NCBI GenBank assembly: GCA_964199315.1
Contig: OZ116708.1
Location: forward strand, 20,274,001-20,338,000
Origin: Orbicella franksi
Lineage: Eukaryota
Length of the DNA: 64,000 nt
Direction of reading: 5' to 3'
In this document: one piece after another, positions 61,997-64,000 of the stretch
How the letters are laid out: every line of letters starts with the position of its first letter
Numbering within the stretch: the first letter of the stretch is position 1
Position numbers and translations under genes: made by a program
The notes under the pieces: model-generated
What the model was told of the DNA's origin: nothing
The model's database searches: none
What the model saw: the letters and a program-made list of their open reading frames with translations, nothing else

Positions 61997-62495
61997 ACAC
62001 TCATTTCTTTTTTAAAGAACATATTTTATAAGAATATCGAGGCTGAAATTTGCGAAATTTAAAGAATATTTTAAGAATAAACCTGAGGCTGAAATTGTGA
62101 AAATAATACAATGATGTTTTTACTTAACTGTATAAAATTATTCCTTTCTCTAAACGGCAAAACTAGCCAACAAACGAAACACTCTTCACTAGCGATAGCC
62201 AAATGTTTAATGATGAGCGGTACATGTAACGTGTTTGCGCAGTAAAAAATATGTACAATGCAAAAGACATGAGCTAAACCGCAAAATTTTTCATGATAAA
62301 TTCTTTCTTGTCGTATGACATGACATTTTGACCGTACTGATTGCAATGAACAGCAATGGAGCACTTGTAATTGATACGTAAATGTCATAAGTTAAGAATA
62401 TTACAATAATATTTTCAGCCTAAAATCAGCAGAAAAATAGGAGTATTCAGCCTGGGCCGGAGAAACAATATTCTTATGAAAAAAAGAAAGAGTGT
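61997..62495. mobile_element. About 500-bp non-autonomous TIR element
   Basis: ACACTCATTTCTTTTTT / AAAAAAAGAAAGAGTGT inverted termini, with mirrored aggctgaa and ataagaat motifs. Confidence 0.6.
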
Positions 62496-63309
62496 GATGC
62501 GTTATTTTTTAGAAAATTGTTAAGTTTAGTTCGCTCCCAGATCATTTCGGCTTAATTCCAAGATCTGTTTTAGATTGATGAATCAAACGTCACTTTACTT
62601 CCGGACAAGCATCTCAATGCAAGCTCAGCGTTGATCGTGATGACTTTGATGGAGTAAGCAAGAAATGTTAGTCGGCCCTTGCGCGTCTCTTTACTTGAGC
62701 ATGCGTTTGTAGGCTCCTGGTTATCTTTTAGTTCAGATCGTAAATCTTGGTTTGAGTAGAGAAGGAGAGGATGATTTCGTGTTGTGCATTAAATTCTGGT
62801 AATTCGTACATCATTAGCGCGAATACTTGTCTTATCAGGATTTCCGCCCTCGCCGTAGTTTCAACATTCATTGCCCTTCCTCTCTCACGTCTTTTTTCCT
62901 TCCATGTCTTTCCCCACTGCTCACGTTCTTTTGGACATGATCTAATAATGCTTTTATTCCAGAGTGTAGAGCGTAAGGAATGACTCACGCAGCACACTGC
63001 ATTTAATTGCTCGTTGACACATGTAAGCCGGTGTGCGCCGCTGTTCGTCTCTGGTTTACTTTCAAAAATTAATATTTTTCTGACAGACGATCGTCGGCGT
63101 AACAGATTATAACACCTCGTTGGTATCATAGGGTGAAGAAACCTGGAGCGCCCTAAGATAATGCTCAACAATTTCTTGTACTAAAAGTATAAGGAATTGT
63201 ATGGAGCTCTCCGGGATACTTACAGTACAAGCCGTGTGCGTCTTCTCATGGACCCAATAGTTCAGGCGGAAACCCAGCTTTGAATTCCGTTATTCAAGTA
63301 ATTGTAACA

Positions 63310-63992
63310 AGACACCAATGCTACCCGAAAATGCTGTGTACTTGCACCGTTTTTCTGTATCACGAGAAATTCAGTCGAAGCCTTGTCCATTTGCTCAGTG
63401 ATGCCAAAGAGTAAGATCTATAGATCACTTTTTGTGGAAGAGAAGGCTGAGCTAGTGCTGTACAAGATGATAGCACCAAGTACGCTAAATGCCTGCAGCG
63501 ATACGAAAACTAAGAAGAAGGATAAAGAAGGATAAAGTTGTATTGCCAGCGGAAAATAACCAAAACAAAAAACAACAACCATCTAGACCTATGCTCTTTG
63601 TGTTTATCTTAGCCCCAACAACAAGGCGAGAAGTCAGTCTACACTTATAGCAGTAAATTAGGCCCATGGTATTTGAAAAGATACCAACGTAGAAACAGCG
63701 TTGAGAGGGCTCTAGAGACACAATAAGGAAAACATAGAGAAGCGATGTGATAAGACCCACACAGAGGTCGGTGCTTGCAAGACAAGAAAAAGAAGTTTTC
63801 ATGGTGAATGAAGATACAATACATGTACCTTGTGTAAGGCAGCAAAGATAAAAAAGTTTCTCACAAATGTAGTGATGGAAAGGGAGACGTTAAATGGTAA
63901 AATAATCCTCTTTAGATGAGGGTCGTAATAGCTGTCGAGCAATAAAACTTTTGATTTGTCGTGTAATTTAAACCTTTAGTAAAATTGTTCAT
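63310..63992 (-). pseudogene. Family 2 GPCR pseudogene, heavily decayed
   Basis: MNNFTKGLNYTTNQKFYCST...*...SLSITTFVRN...CLASTDLCVGLI...SNTMG...DRLLALLLGLR in shifted frames...RYRKTV. Many stops and deletions. Confidence 0.78.
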
Positions 63993-64000
63993 TTCAATCG

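Noticed and set aside
62600-63300. Possible further decayed GPCR on the minus strand (HP.RYQR-like trace; 147-aa ORF 62728-63171)
   Set aside because: Too degraded to support, with no clear TM pattern. It would need a frameshift-aware HMM search.

Overview
AT-rich eukaryotic (animal) DNA, most likely a stony coral; this is inferred from the GPCR types and repeat families. The window is a tandem cluster of intronless class A (rhodopsin-family) GPCR genes set in dense, mostly decayed transposon sequence. Receptor family 1 (SAERY motif, about 345 aa) has three copies: one with a single nonsense codon (4104-5153) and two intact (23143-24180, 37327-38361). Receptor family 2 (SVDRL motif, about 307 aa) has three intact copies (11880-12803, 27222-28145, 46986-47912) plus at least six pseudogenes or fragments. 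The cluster is built from two old diverged units (A, about 3-20.5 kb; C, about 35.6-51 kb) and an intervening unit B (about 20.5-35.6 kb). B is C-like on its left and A-like on its right, with the switch inside its family-1 receptor at about 23433-23500. That points to unequal crossing-over creating a chimeric receptor, or to a haplotype-switch assembly artefact. Other content: an LDAF1/promethin-like ORF with a possible readthrough extension; relics of Academ, Crypton and Kolobok transposons; a Kolobok-type foldback element with about 590-bp TIRs whose empty site survives in unit C; nested LINE fragments; several MITEs with visible TSDs; a 16-bp satellite inside a TIR element; a 78-bp hairpin minisatellite; and two N-runs at the same homologous position. 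No rRNA, tRNA or CRISPR array is supported. Family assignments come from motif recognition, not database searches.
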